Below, piece by piece: positions 36,257 to 48,989 of a DNA stretch of 64,000 bases; position 1 is the first letter of the stretch, and each line of letters begins with the position of its first letter. The translations under genes and the position numbers were made by a program. The notes below the pieces were generated by a model. That model had not been told where the DNA came from. It ran no database searches and worked only from the letters and a program-made list of their open reading frames with translations. The stretch lies in NCBI RefSeq assembly GCF_009914755.1, contig NC_060938.1. The stretch is one strand, 5' to 3'. Source of the stretch: the human T2T-CHM13v2.0 reference genome, Homo sapiens.

Positions 36257-38145
36257 TGTTGTAGGATCCTTGGGGTGTTGCTTTTCTGACCAGAAACCTC
36301 TGTGGTTGGTGGTGCCTTTACTCAAGTTTTGCATGGGCCCCCTGGACTCATTCCACTTACTTGGCCTGGAAGACTATGCTCAGCTCATGCTACCGGCCTG
36401 GATCTTATGCTTGCCAAGGGCGAGTCAGGCATGGAGCAGTAAGGGATGTGTGAGGAAGTGTGGGGTCTTGCCACTGCACAGTCAGACATGCTGGCTGCTG
36501 CAGTGAGGTGGGCAGTGCTGGCATGGGTGCCAGCTGTCTACAAGACTGAGGCTAGACCAGTTGCACTGCAAGCAGCATTGACTGCTGGCACTGGGGAACA
36601 CGGTGGCACTCAAAAGCTTGGAGATGCCAGGAACCATAGGGTCCCAAAGAGGGGGGTCATAGCCCTGACTTGGGGAGCTCTCAGGTCTGGGCTTCCCACA
36701 GGGCCACAGCACTTCTCTCCTTTTTTTTACCCACAATGTGGTAAACACGGGACATGTTTCAGCCCTGTTTGTGGAACAGCTCTTTTAGCCCCACCATTTG
36801 ATGGGTTCCAAGTTCTTGTCCTGCAACCAGGAAGAATGAGGTACACAGTCAAGTGGAGGGTGAGCAAGATGAAGTAGAGCTTTATTAAGTGATAGAACAG
36901 CTCAGAGGAGACCTGCATTGGGTAGCTTCTTTCCACAGCTAGGGTGTTCCAATGAGTGTTCAGCTCGTAGCAGAGAGGAGACCCTGGAGTGGGAAACTCC
37001 TCTCTGCAGGCAGGCTGTCCTGTTGTCTCTGTAGCTCTCAGCACAGAGGAGGCCCTGGGGTGGGTAGCTCCTCTCTGCAGCTGGTTGTCCCAGTGTCTGC
37101 AGCTCTCAATAGAGAGGAAGGCTTGTAGTGGTTAGCTCCTTTCTGCTGCTGGTCATCCTGAGGTCTGCTCAGCTCTGGCTGAGCCTGGGGCTTTTATGGG
37201 CCTCAGAAGGGAGGAAGTGCATGCCCAATTTATCCATGGGCAGCCATGGGCAGGCCCAGAAAAGGCACCACAAGTTCCCATTCCAGTCTGTGGGACTGGC
37301 AGCCTGACATCCAGCCTTCAGGCCCTCCTTGGCCTGAAGGTGTGACCTCACTGGGGACCCACCACTTCCACCCAGAAACCTGTCTGCCTCCTACTGTCAT
37401 TCTTAGTGCCCAGATGGTAGGTGCCAAGGAGTGCCTTCAGGCCAGTGCCCCCTTGGCTTCCCTCTTATGCTTGTCAGTGCCCAAAATCTGGAGGGTGTCA
37501 AGGTGGCAGAGGGCTGGTGTGTGAACACTTCCCCTAGTGTGTGCACACTCTACTGTGCTGCAACAGTGCCTGGGCTTGGCCTCAACTTTGCTCTGAGATC
37601 AGAGTGGATGCTGACAACAAGGAGAAGCCAGGCAGTGAGAGTGGGTACTTCTGAGCCTGTGAAGGCAGGGAGGGCTTCCCAGGCCCTCAAGAGTACACAG
37701 AAGCCTCGGTCCACAGCTGCAGTTTGGGAAGCTGTAGCTGCCCACAGAGGGAGGTTGAGGGGGCAATGCTCCTGCCTGCCCCATGGAGCAGAAGTCCTGG
37801 GTTTGCAGCCTTGACTTGGGTGGCTGCAGCTTCACTGAGAAGGGTGGGGCTCCTGCCTGCTCCTGGTTTCCCCAAGAGCATAGGGAGGCCTAGGTCTGCA
37901 GCCACGACTTGGGAAGCTGCAGCTGTGCCTGGAAGGGCAGGGTTCCCTCCTGCTCCTGGGCAGAGAAGACAGTGATGCCCCTGAAGCTGTGGCTTGGGCA
38001 GCTGCAGGGCACCTGGGGAGCTCCTGCTCCAACTCAGAAGGGGCAGGGCTCCTGCTTGTCCCTGGTTCCATGGAGTATGCAGCCCCAGCCATGCCTCCCT
38101 GCTGTGATAGTAGTGGCCACTCCAGATGGCCCGCTGCTGCCATCA
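36257..38145 (-). mobile_element. Long GC-rich ERV1 solo LTR (MER52-like)
   Basis: Minus-strand start TGATGGCAGCAGCGGGCCATCTGG, end GGATCCTACAACA, 4-bp TSD cttt, internal tandem sub-repeats. Confidence 0.8.
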
Positions 38146-39050
38146 CTTTTGTTAAGCTATATGAGCAGTGCCATTGAGTATTTGCAACCTCTGTAGCCAT
38201 TCATGGCATAACCCAAGACTTTTCAGACATCAGGAGAAGCATATACATTTGTATGAGTCAGATTGAGACAAAGTTGTACTGATTTCTATGTTTGTACACA
38301 GACAAGGATGAAGAATCTATGTTGGGAAGCTGCTATTGATGTATGTATTGCAGAAATTTTCAGGACAGGCCATATTCACAGGAGTTTTACTATTTCAAGG
38401 AATGTGGAAGAAGATGACAAACCAAGAGCAGATTGGATAGCCAGCTGCAGCTGCCGCTTGGCTCCAGCAGACCATATAATTGTCTTGCTAGGCTGTGGTG
38501 CTTGACCTAGAATACAAAGAGTGAATTAATTCTCCACTCCTCCACCTCCCGGTCTAAGATTTTCCCTTCCTAGGTGCCAGTGTTGTTGCTCTTTGTCCAC
38601 CATCACAAAATCGGTTCATCCCATTCTAGTAGCTATAACTTTGCCTTTTTTTTGTAGTCAGTTCCTAGTCACACCAAAATCATTTGCCTAGAACAAATAG
38701 AAAGAGGAACAGGCATTTGTATGACATTTACAGAGATTCATCATAATTACCACCTTGGCCTTCCTGGAAAACTGAACGGGAACTTGTAAAGCTGTGCACT
38801 CAAATAAATGCTGGTTATCCTCATGATGTAAAATCATGTTTAACCAAGAAAAGAATATAGGTGGCTGAACTGGAATTCAATATTAATACCATTCTGACAA
38901 TGTTGCTGCCTGGAGAGTGTACCAACCAGGCTGTTCTAAGGTCGCTGTTCGGAGAAAGAAAGAAGCATCATGCCTTTCACTTCTAGAATGTTAGAGGAGG
39001 TGTACTTTTTTCTATTACTGTTAGATACAGCTAAAAATTCTGGACATTAT

Positions 39051-39408
39051 AGATGTTCCTTGAATTGAAATGAGATTACTTCCCAGTAAACTGATTGTAG
39101 TTTAAAATACCATAGGTATAAAATGCATTTAATACATCTTATATACTGGACATCATAAGATTTCCTATCCTATGTTAATCATGCTCAGAACACTTACATT
39201 AGCCTATGGTTGGGCAAAATCATCTAACACAAAGCCTATTTTATAACAAAGTGTTGAGTATCTCATCTAGTTTATTGAATAAAGTACCCAAAGGGAATAA
39301 TAGAAAGGTTGTATTGGTACACAAAGTACAGTTTGTTCTGATTGGGTATTGCTTTTGCACCATGAAAAAAATCATAAGTCAAGTCATCATTAAGTTAGGG
39401 ACCATTTG
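39051..39408. mobile_element. Tigger-family MITE (MER47A-like)
   Basis: ~360 bp, degenerate TIRs (tagatgttcc / ggaccatttg), TA flanks. Confidence 0.65.
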
Positions 39409-40029
39409 TATATAAAATCAAAAGATAAAAAGTTTCTAAAAGATAGAGAGAAAAAGCCAGATTGTCTAAGAAATTTAGGACCTGAACAATGCTAGAACAG
39501 TGAGTTTCATGAGTTTCCTTTTGCCTCATACAAACCAGTGGCATCCAGGAGTAGCCAGTAACCTGGTAATGCCGGTGGGTACAGAAAAGAAATCCCAAAG
39601 AAATGCCGTTTTCTGTAGCCAAAGGACCAGGGAAAGGATTGACTATGAAGGCAGAAACTATAAGACCATAACCATTCTACTCTAGCCAAAGACCACAAAA
39701 AGTTTTATAGCAACCAAGCATACATTTAATCAACAAAAAGTTAACTGCAACGTAGCAGGAGAGATTTGTGATAGTGTAACTTTCTTTTGCTCCATCTTTC
39801 CATCACTGGCTTGAAAATAGTCTTTAAATGGCATCCGGCATTCCCAGTGTGGGTGTCTGGGGCTGGAGGAAGCAGAGTAGACCCGTTATCAAAGAATAGT
39901 GCCTGACTATGTTGACCTGTCAGGTGGTTTTCTGAAGGGCTAATTCAAAGGGCTTTCCTGTATTCATATAACTCAAAACCCTCTCAGAGTGGAGAAGAAG
40001 TGGCTATGCAGAGGAAATTTTAAAAAAAA

Positions 40030-40900
40030 ATTGATAAAGGGACTCAGTAGCAGGAAGGAGAAAGAATCTGCAAATGTGAAGATAGGCCAATTGAAATTAT
40101 TCAGTCTAAGAAGCGGAAGGGAAAAAAATTGAAGAGAGCTTAATAGACCTGCGGGACATTATAAAAAGTACAGCCATAAGGATAACAGGATTTCCAGAGT
40201 GAGAGGAAAGGAAAAAGCAGGGAGAATATTTGTAAAAATCATGACTCCAAGCTTCCCAAATTTGTTGGAAGACATGAACCTATACATCCAAGAAGTTCAA
40301 CAAAGACCAAGTAGAAAAAAGGCAAAAAAAAAAAAAAAAATCTCATTGGGACACATTATAATCAAACTGTTTAAAGAAAAAGACAAATGGAGAATCTTGA
40401 AAGCTGCAAGAGATAAGTGATTAATCACATGGAAGAGATCTTCCAAAGATTAGCAGTCTATTGTTTATCAGAAACCATAGAAGCCAGAAGGCAGTGGGAT
40501 GGCATATTTAAAGTGTTTAAAGAAAAAAAAATGTCAACCAACTATTTTGTATCAGGCAAAACTATTGTTCTAAAACAAAGGAGAAATTAAGACAGTTCCA
40601 GATAAACAAAAACTCAGAGTATTCATCACTTGCAGATTTGCCCTACAAGAAAATCTAAAGGGAATCTTTCAGGCAGAAAAGAAATGGCACTAGACAGCAA
40701 CTTGGAGCCATGCAAAAATAATGAACAATGGTAAAGGTAGTTACATAGATAAGAATAAAGCCAATATTTTTGTAGTTTTTGTTTGTAACTCCCATTTTTT
40801 CCCTAACTTATTTAACAAACTAATACATAAACAATAATTATAATTATATTGTGGAAAATTATACAGAATAATCTCATTGTGTATAATGAGAACACAATGA
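40030..40900 (+). mobile_element. Old L1M ORF1-region fragment
   Basis: FPNLLEDMNLYIQEVQ...HIIIKL...RILKAARDK is L1 ORF1p-like. Confidence 0.78.
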
Positions 40901-42561
40901 GTCAAAGTGTGTTTTTCCATGTGTATAAAAATTTCCTTTGTCGCCGTTGTAATTTTTAACAGCACAACTTATGTATTTCAAATAGACACAAAATTAGTAG
41001 CATTTACAGTAGTATCTTAAGCTAAATTGCCTTTGAATGAGATCTTGCTTTCAATACTTTGATGTCCACAAGGCATATCTAGAAAATTTTATGCTTTGGA
41101 AGATGAAGACTGCTTAATCCAGCGGGGAAGGGGACTATGATTTCTCTTTGACTAGTTGCCATAACACTGTCCTTAAGGCATATGAAGGACTTTTATATGT
41201 TATTTAGACATCAGTAGGCACAGAAGCTTTGCAGTACAACTTTGACATATAAATTCTGTCATTTTTTTTTTACTTTAAAATAAATTTTTTTTTTAAATGT
41301 CACTTTGCTAGCATTGATAACGCTCTTAGGTCCACCACAACATTATATCTATTCACCCATACTATTTTTGTTACAAATGTTAAAAAGGTGATTTCTTCCT
41401 GAAAGGACTGTGCTTCAGGTCCCCATTCAATTTTAGATGTTATATTTGTTTTTTATAAATTTTCCAAGAATGTAGTGGCTGCATTCTTGGGTTGCTGTCA
41501 CTCTTCCTTTGGTTTTTACACTTACTGAGAAGTGGCTGTTGTAATTTCTGTCATGTGCAATGTATTCCTGGAAAAAGGGATTTCAATATCAGCATGTTAT
41601 TCTTCATTCTATTTCCTATGCAGTTGTTGGTGGGAATGGGAAGGGCCTGCCCAGGCCATCATTGATGTATACTGATTACAAGGCTCTTGAGTAGAAAAGA
41701 GCCTGCATCATTGCCGGCCTACAGCCACCAGCTTCTTCAAGGACACAGAGCAGATTATGGACTAGAGGAGGAACAGTGGTTGTTGTGCTTGTTACTCTGT
41801 AGACCCAGTTAAGTTTCTTGCATAGTTAACCCTCCATAGATCTGGTTTGCTTTTTAGGTTAGGATGAAAAGGCAAAGAGAAAGACCAAATTCATAAATTT
41901 TGGAGATTTATTCCTAGATATAAACTTAAAACAAGAAAAGAAATAAGAGGAATTAGACAAATGAACAGACATATAAAAGTCTAGATAGTGAAGGTAGGTC
42001 CATCTCTTTTGCAACAGCCCAAACAAATACTGTTTTGACATGACATGCACATGTCATTGGTGTAAGACAGAATGACGAATTCCAAGCTCCAGTCCTTGGC
42101 TTTGTTAAAAAATGTTGCCCAGGCTGTGAGCTCAAATCATATTTCTTTATCTAGATTTTAGGTCATTCTATTTTGAAAGAATTCTTTTGAATTATAGGAA
42201 ATTTCTTTAAAAATTGGAGATAACAGAATGCTATGGGGATGTATGGCCTGACATAGAGAAGAGCTACGTAATGTGAAATGCTCCTTAAATTGCAAGAATC
42301 TCACTCAAAGTTTTGGAATAGAATGCTTCATGACTGATTGTTGTGTGCAGGAAAGTGGCTATTAGAAATAATTCCTCTTACTCATACAAGAGTTGCCATT
42401 TGATATCAAACACATGCATGCATAAACATCCCCCACAGACATTGACTTGGAGCATTTGCTTCTCAAATTTTTAATTTAACTAATATGTCAGATTTTTACA
42501 TTTACCTGTTCACATAATACAGGTCTACATCTTGAGTACGTCTTTGATTACTATCATGATT

Positions 42562-42576
42562 CCACAAGATGGCAGT
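42562..42576 (+). promoter_or_regulatory. CTCF motif upstream of TRAV12-1
   Basis: CCACAAGATGGCAGT. Confidence 0.7.
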
Positions 42577-42614
42577 GTGTTCTTAGGGACCCTGAGGAAA
42601 GCTCTCAAGTGCTC

Positions 42615-42616
42615 GT

Positions 42617-42665
<49 letters not shown>

Positions 42666-42697
42666 TGAGAGAGAGAGAAGGAGAGAAAGAGAGAGAA
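42615..42697. repeat. (GT)n microsatellite followed by GA-rich tract
   Basis: ~24 GT units with one interruption, then gagagagaag... Confidence 0.95.
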
Positions 42698-42881
42698 TGG
42701 GAAGGGCGATAAGAGGAGGGGTTAGTGATATACCAGGGGTTGTGAAAATAACCTTTTTTTTCTAATTGGTAGGACAGATTCTTTTTATGATTCCTAAAGT
42801 GGAAGAAATAAAGTATCTCTGCTATGTTCATTTCTTTTTGGATTGAAAATTTTAATCCTCAGTGAACCAGGGCAGAAAAGA

Positions 42882-43416
42882 ATGATGATATCCTTGAGAG
42901 TTTTACTGGTGATCCTGTGGCTTCAGTTAAGCTGTGAGTTGGGCATCTCTATAGGAACATAATGTACAATATTTTGAGATATTGTCTATCCTAGGCTGGG
43001 GGCTAGAAGCCTGAATTTTTTCTCTAACTAAGAGAGTAGAAAGCCTGTAAAAACATGATTTGAATTCTGGGGAGTAAGCATTTACCTCCCAATTTGTCTT
43101 CTCTGTCTGACCACTGTCTTTTTCACAGGGGTTTGGAGCCAACGGAAGGAGGTGGAGCAGGATCCTGGACCCTTCAATGTTCCAGAGGGAGCCACTGTCG
43201 CTTTCAACTGTACTTACAGCAACAGTGCTTCTCAGTCTTTCTTCTGGTACAGACAGGATTGCAGGAAAGAACCTAAGTTGCTGATGTCCGTATACTCCAG
43301 TGGTAATGAAGATGGAAGGTTTACAGCACAGCTCAATAGAGCCAGCCAGTATATTTCCCTGCTCATCAGAGACTCCAAGCTCAGTGATTCAGCCACCTAC
43401 CTCTGTGTGGTGAACA
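42882..43416 (+). CDS. TRAV12-1: T-cell receptor alpha variable 12-1; leader 42882-42933, V exon 43129-43416
   Basis: Leader [23 protein letters not shown] donor, tttcacAG acceptor. V domain [36 protein letters not shown]...ATYLCVVN. Confidence 0.96.
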
Positions 43417-43455
43417 CACAGTGCTCCCCAGACACCTGCAGTCTGTACCCAAACC
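43417..43455 (+). other. 23-RSS of TRAV12-1
   Basis: CACAGTG + 23 nt + ACCCAAACC. Confidence 0.93.
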
Positions 43456-46400
43456 TGCTGGGCCCCAGGAATGCCTGATGTAGAGCTTAGACTGCAGGGC
43501 AGTAAAGTCCTCTTTGCTCTCTAGATTCAAGTGGAAATTAAGAGTACTAGTATGGAGGACTGATTGATTAGGGAAGTATTATTATAATTCTGAAAATAAT
43601 TGAGACCCTGAAGAAAAATGAAAGATACAGTCTTGGTCTGGTTAAAATATTTTCCAGTATTCTCTTTCTACTTTAGTTTTAAAATATTTTTTATATTTCT
43701 TCTGGAGAGATTAAAAAAATAAATTTTTTTGAGATCATTGACAAACCAGAAGGATTACATATTCATTTCATACATACATCACAATCTATGCCATAAGCAT
43801 ATCCATCATCTCTAAAAGTTTACTTCCTCCCTCCTTTTTTAAAAAATTTAGGTATGATTGATATACAGCAAGGTGCCTATATCACATAATGTATACATTT
43901 TAATGCTCACTCTAGTTTTATGCCACATCTATGCTTTATTAGATCGGTTTTATGATTCCTTTTATTTATATCAAGAAAACATTTTCATACAATAACAGAT
44001 ATTCTGTCTCTGTCTGTAGGACATCTTATTCTTTCCCCATTTAGTTACCCAAGAAGTTTGATAGACGTTGCTTTAGGAATGCAACAGAAAAACACAAATG
44101 CAAAATAAAAAAGATCAGCAAACTACTGTGAAAATCCTGTAAGTCATAAATTCTTTTAGTTATAGAACCCTCACCCCATCTCCAGCCTTAGCTGCAGCTC
44201 CACTCCTGAGTTATATAAGGGCACATTTGATGAGTAGATGGCAGAACTAGAGGGAGAGGGTGAGAACACGTTAAAAAAAAGCCTAGATATTTGCAGAGAT
44301 TGAAGATTAGAGAGGGTCTATATTGCCATTTTGGGGTAAAGTCTGAATTGAACTCAAAACCTTGTGGAAGAGTATATTGATTCCTATGTAACTGAGTGTG
44401 GCTTGGAGATGGTAGGGAGTCTTAGCTCTAGTCACAGCATGTCATATACCCACAGCACCTGCTGGAATGACTTAAAATTTATTGAGAAGGATCTCTAAGT
44501 ATCTAAAAGAAGTCTAGACACCAAGAGGCTTTGTTGTGATGAACAAAGACCTGTTTAAATCAGTGACCAGAGACCGTATGGTATTGAGCATATTTCAGCA
44601 AATGTTGGAGGAGAGTTGGAAACACTGAAGAGCATATAAATGCCTCCCTCCTCTGACTACCTAGCAATACATATTTGCCCTGCAATATATACTATGTTCG
44701 GGCAAAATATTTGTGCCTGATGAAAAGAATACTTTTTAGTAGCTATTAAGTTGAATTACAGGAAAAAACTTTGAACATCACTTTATTATAAAAGTGAAGT
44801 TGTAGTCTGTTGGACATGATATAGTTTATGTAGTCCTCAAAGTGGGAAAGTTTAGAAATGGAGAGTTAAGATTTCTGTCAAGGGTTGTTCCCATAGTCAC
44901 TGATGAAAAGGATGAACTCAATCCAAATTTGCTTCAAATTCTTAATCTGAAGAATGAAAGACTGAATAAATCTTTCCAAGCCTTGGAAGAAAGATTTGAA
45001 AGGCAGTAAGGAAGAGCAGAAAGTTGCGCCAGAATCAAGACCCTTAAATTTTACTTCCACATTTGTTTTATACCTTTTGGCTTCCTGGCATTCTGGAAAG
45101 AACCTGGGTTGTGTTTTCTGTTTGAATATTTATGTTACTAATGGTCCATTTATTAGGCTACATACTATATATATTTCAGGATTTGTTTCAGTATTAAATG
45201 AGATAACATACTGCTTTGGGATGAGTTCCTTAAAAGTAGAGACTGCAGTTGGAATCTTTCTCTGTAATTGATTGAGGAAACCAGGTTGAGACAGGGGGAA
45301 AGGCTAAGCATGGACTTGGTCCAGTGGGAGTCTTGATCCCACCTGACCTCATAGGGAGCTCTGGAGAGTGAACTACATCACAGGGGTGATCCCTCCCACG
45401 CTGAGGCAAGGGAGCCAGACTGCTCTGACCTATTGTGGGTAAGAATAAAGTCATAATTGGCTGCAGTGTTTCTTGGGGTAGAGGTATATGCTACTGGACA
45501 ATGGTGGCTCTCATTGGCAGAGGTCAACTTTCTAGGGAAAGGGGCAAATGTGAGCCAAGAGTAGCCAACACTCACAGTAGCGGGGGATGGCTACACTGTC
45601 CTGGGAAAGGAGATCTAGGCTGGGGGCCAGCAGTGTTCGTTATTACCAGGGAACTTGCCTGGTATGTGGGCAGCATTCAAGAAATAATAAACTTTAATCA
45701 TATTCTGAATTTTAATTTCACTCTCCTTTTGAAGATGTTTATACAGCTGGCCTTACCAATTTTGAGGAGTTGAAATAATGTAAGTTAAAGCACTTGTTAA
45801 CAGAAACCATCTAAGTAAACATAAAAAGCAGATGAAAGGAAAAATTTTTTCAAAGCTAAAATTCAGAAATTTTTAAAAGAGTAGTGACCAGAGAACCAGT
45901 CTACTATCTTAGTTGCTTTTGGGAATGATGAGATAACATTCTATCCATCACTTTCTATCCAGGTAGCAATGATTCTGATGATTTACAGTTCATAACTCTG
46001 GGCTTCTATGTGTAGACAGAGATACCATCTATATTTATACATGATTAATGCTATTTTGTTATTAATTTGTATTTAAGAATGAAGGACTGGGTAGCAGGAT
46101 GGACTCCTTATGTCTTTGTGTCCATGTTCCCCACAAAGTTTCTTCTTGAATGGGGTGCCTGGCCAGTAGTGTGGGTATGTGGGTCTGTCATGTGAATTGA
46201 CAGGCTTCTTTCTAGGATGAATGAGGAGGGAACTGGTAATTAAGGTGCTTCTCTTTGTTCCCTGAACCTAATATCATTGGAAATGGCCTAATTATATTAA
46301 TTACTCGTAATAAAAACTGAAACCATCCCAGATGGCTCAAGTAAACTCTCATGAAGATTACATGCCCCAAGTTGGCTTCATATGCTTCTCACACACAAAT

Positions 46401-47975
46401 ACAGAAGCAGGTTGGTGAGAACAGAGAGAGGCTAGTGCAGCCATTCCACATGTGGACCTTCACTACGTTCTCTTGCGTTCTTTTCCTCTCACCCTTCATC
46501 ACCTGCTCTCTTTCTCAGCCCAGAACCTCTCCAGGGTCCCACCCAGTAGGTTCCCTTCACTCACGTTTCCACTGTAATCTTCTCACAGTTCATTCTGGCC
46601 TGGACTTTTTCCCTCTCTGTTTTCTCCATCAGTGTATTTGCATCCACTTTTTATCTACCTCATGGGAATTGTGATAACTTTCATCTTTTTATTAGTTTTA
46701 TTATTGATGGATTCAGGTCATTCTGTTTATAATTTTACATTTCATTTCAGTGGGAATTTTAGAGAGTTAAGAGGACAGCACATATGTTTAGTTTGAAGTT
46801 TTGTTTCAGAACCCCACCCTAGTAACATTTAAATTTTTAAGCTGACTATATAATTTTGTCTTACATGTGATAAAAAATTTATAGGCAGAATCAAGAACTA
46901 GATCAGAAGCCCAAGGGAAAACTGATTTCAGGCTGGTACAATTCAATGGAGTATTCAGAAAGCAGTTTTTGTTCTGACCTTGTAAAATCCCATTTTACCT
47001 GAGATTTTTCTCCTTACTGGGTTATTTCATTTTTAGGATCCAATGATCTCTATGCTACAATAGATTGGGTGGGGAAGGCTTTTTGCTCAAAAGCTTCATT
47101 TTATTATTGGGGCACAGAGCAGTCTGTTCTTGTTCGCTATTGTCTCCCACCCACATGGCACTGCTGTTTGCTTTGCTCTGTTGAGCGTCACCGTCAATAT
47201 CTCTCACCATTTCTACACCTCTCACAGGTTCCTCTCATTTCTGGTCTGCTGCTTGCACTCCTTCCACCTGTATTGAGTTCATGTAGGTTTACTTTTTAAA
47301 AATCTCTTTAACTATTTTGATAATCACTTATTTATATGTTATATTTTCTTCCATTTATCATTCTGTTCAAGTTTCTTTATAGATGGAGAAACTTAATTGT
47401 GGAGATAGAAAAACTGCATTAATTTTTTTTAGTGTCAGATTCTCATAATTTGGCACAATATATCAGTCTATTCTGAACACTGACAGTTGGAATAGTACTC
47501 TCACTTTCTCTTTTTAAATATAAGTTATCTAAATTATTTTCTCCTAGGTTCACAAATATTAAACTTGTTGACCTGAAATTAGGAAGTCTTTTCCACACTT
47601 TCCACTTGACAAAGAAAATTCTTGCCTTTAATCGTTTGCTTTGATTAATTAATGATATGTGATCCAGGCTGACTTTAAGTATGAGTCTCTGATCTAATTT
47701 ATTTTTTAAAGAGTCAACTAAAGGAATAATCTCTTTCACCCACTGTAATGCTCACATCCAGCTGCACAGGGCCATATGAAGCTCAGCCCAGACTGAGACA
47801 ACTGATCACCACCCCTCTTCTTGATGAACGACTTTACTAATATAGAGTGTCTCAATGGTTTTCCAAAGTCTACAACGTTGTCTTCTGTGACTAATTTCTC
47901 AGGGAAGTAAATTACTCTTCTATTTCTACATAATTCTCATTTCTCATGTATTTAAAATTAAAACCATATACTCTA

Positions 47976-47992
47976 CGGAAGATGACGTCATC
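47976..47992 (+). promoter_or_regulatory. ETS-like + full CRE upstream of TRAV8-2
   Basis: CGGAAG overlapping the palindrome GATGACGTCATC (TGACGTCA at 47983-47990). Confidence 0.6.
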
Positions 47993-48095
47993 ACAGATTC
48001 GGGAAGAAAGAAACACTTTCTGTTGGTTTTGATATCACATCTCTCAAATGAGAAGGAAACAGTTCACTTCCTTGGATCTGTGGTTCCACCTGTGC

Positions 48096-48110
48096 CCTCC
48101 AGGGGGCGAC
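48096..48110 (+). promoter_or_regulatory. CTCF motif upstream of TRAV8-2
   Basis: CCTCCAGGGGGCGAC. Confidence 0.72.
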
Positions 48111-48403
48111 GTTGCACTAAGGAGGCATCTGTGTTCATTGCCGACCATCCTCATCCACTGAGCCTCCTCCCTGCAGCTGGCTGATGTAGCTCACTGATGT
48201 CTGTGTAGACAGGGAGCTGTGACGAGAGCAAGAGGTCAGAACACATCCAGACTCCTTAAGAGAAAGCCTTTCTGTTTTGGAAACTTTTCAAAGCCAGGGA
48301 CTTGTCCAGCCCAACCTCCCCATTGCTCCTAGCTCCTGAGGCTCAGGACCCCTGGCTTCTGTCCTCCCTGCTCAGGGTCCTGCAGCGTTGCCTCTGCTCA
48401 GCC

Positions 48404-48863
48404 ATGCTCCTGCTGCTCGTCCCAGTGCTCGAGGTGATTTTTACTCTGGGTGAGTAACATTCCATTCTTTTTCCTCCTTTTGTAAATGTGACTGTGTTGT
48501 AATTGCCTCTAAGTAGACTTCTTAGCGAAGTCAGCGCTGCTTTTGCTTACACAGCATTGGTGTTGCAGGAGGAACCAGAGCCCAGTCGGTGACCCAGCTT
48601 GACAGCCACGTCTCTGTCTCTGAAGGAACCCCGGTGCTGCTGAGGTGCAACTACTCATCTTCTTATTCACCATCTCTCTTCTGGTATGTGCAACACCCCA
48701 ACAAAGGACTCCAGCTTCTCCTGAAGTACACATCAGCGGCCACCCTGGTTAAAGGCATCAACGGTTTTGAGGCTGAATTTAAGAAGAGTGAAACCTCCTT
48801 CCACCTGACGAAACCCTCAGCCCATATGAGCGACGCGGCTGAGTACTTCTGTGTTGTGAGTGA
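48404..48863 (+). CDS. TRAV8-2: T-cell receptor alpha variable 8-2; leader 48404-48449, V exon 48569-48863
   Basis: Leader [21 protein letters not shown] donor. V domain [36 protein letters not shown]...AAEYFCVVS. Confidence 0.95.
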
Positions 48864-48901
48864 CACAGTGCTTGAGACTGCAGGAGAGCTGAACACAAGC
48901 C
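48864..48901 (+). other. RSS of TRAV8-2 (22-nt spacer)
   Basis: CACAGTG + 22 nt + ACACAAGCC. Confidence 0.88.
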
Positions 48902-48989
48902 TCCTGAGATGCTGAGACTTTCTGTGACTCAAGAACTCGACCTTGAAGTCTGTTTTATAATATTAAATAGCAATTCCAAGTTTCTGATG

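Noticed and set aside
36248-38153. Apparent 13-bp direct repeat catcacttttgtt flanking the LTR
   Set aside because: Resolves into a normal 4-bp TSD (cttt) plus chance similarity with the LTR termini.
36210-38200. Dense cluster of overlapping ORFs on both strands
   Set aside because: Explained by the GC-rich MER52-like LTR with internal repeats; no recognisable protein.
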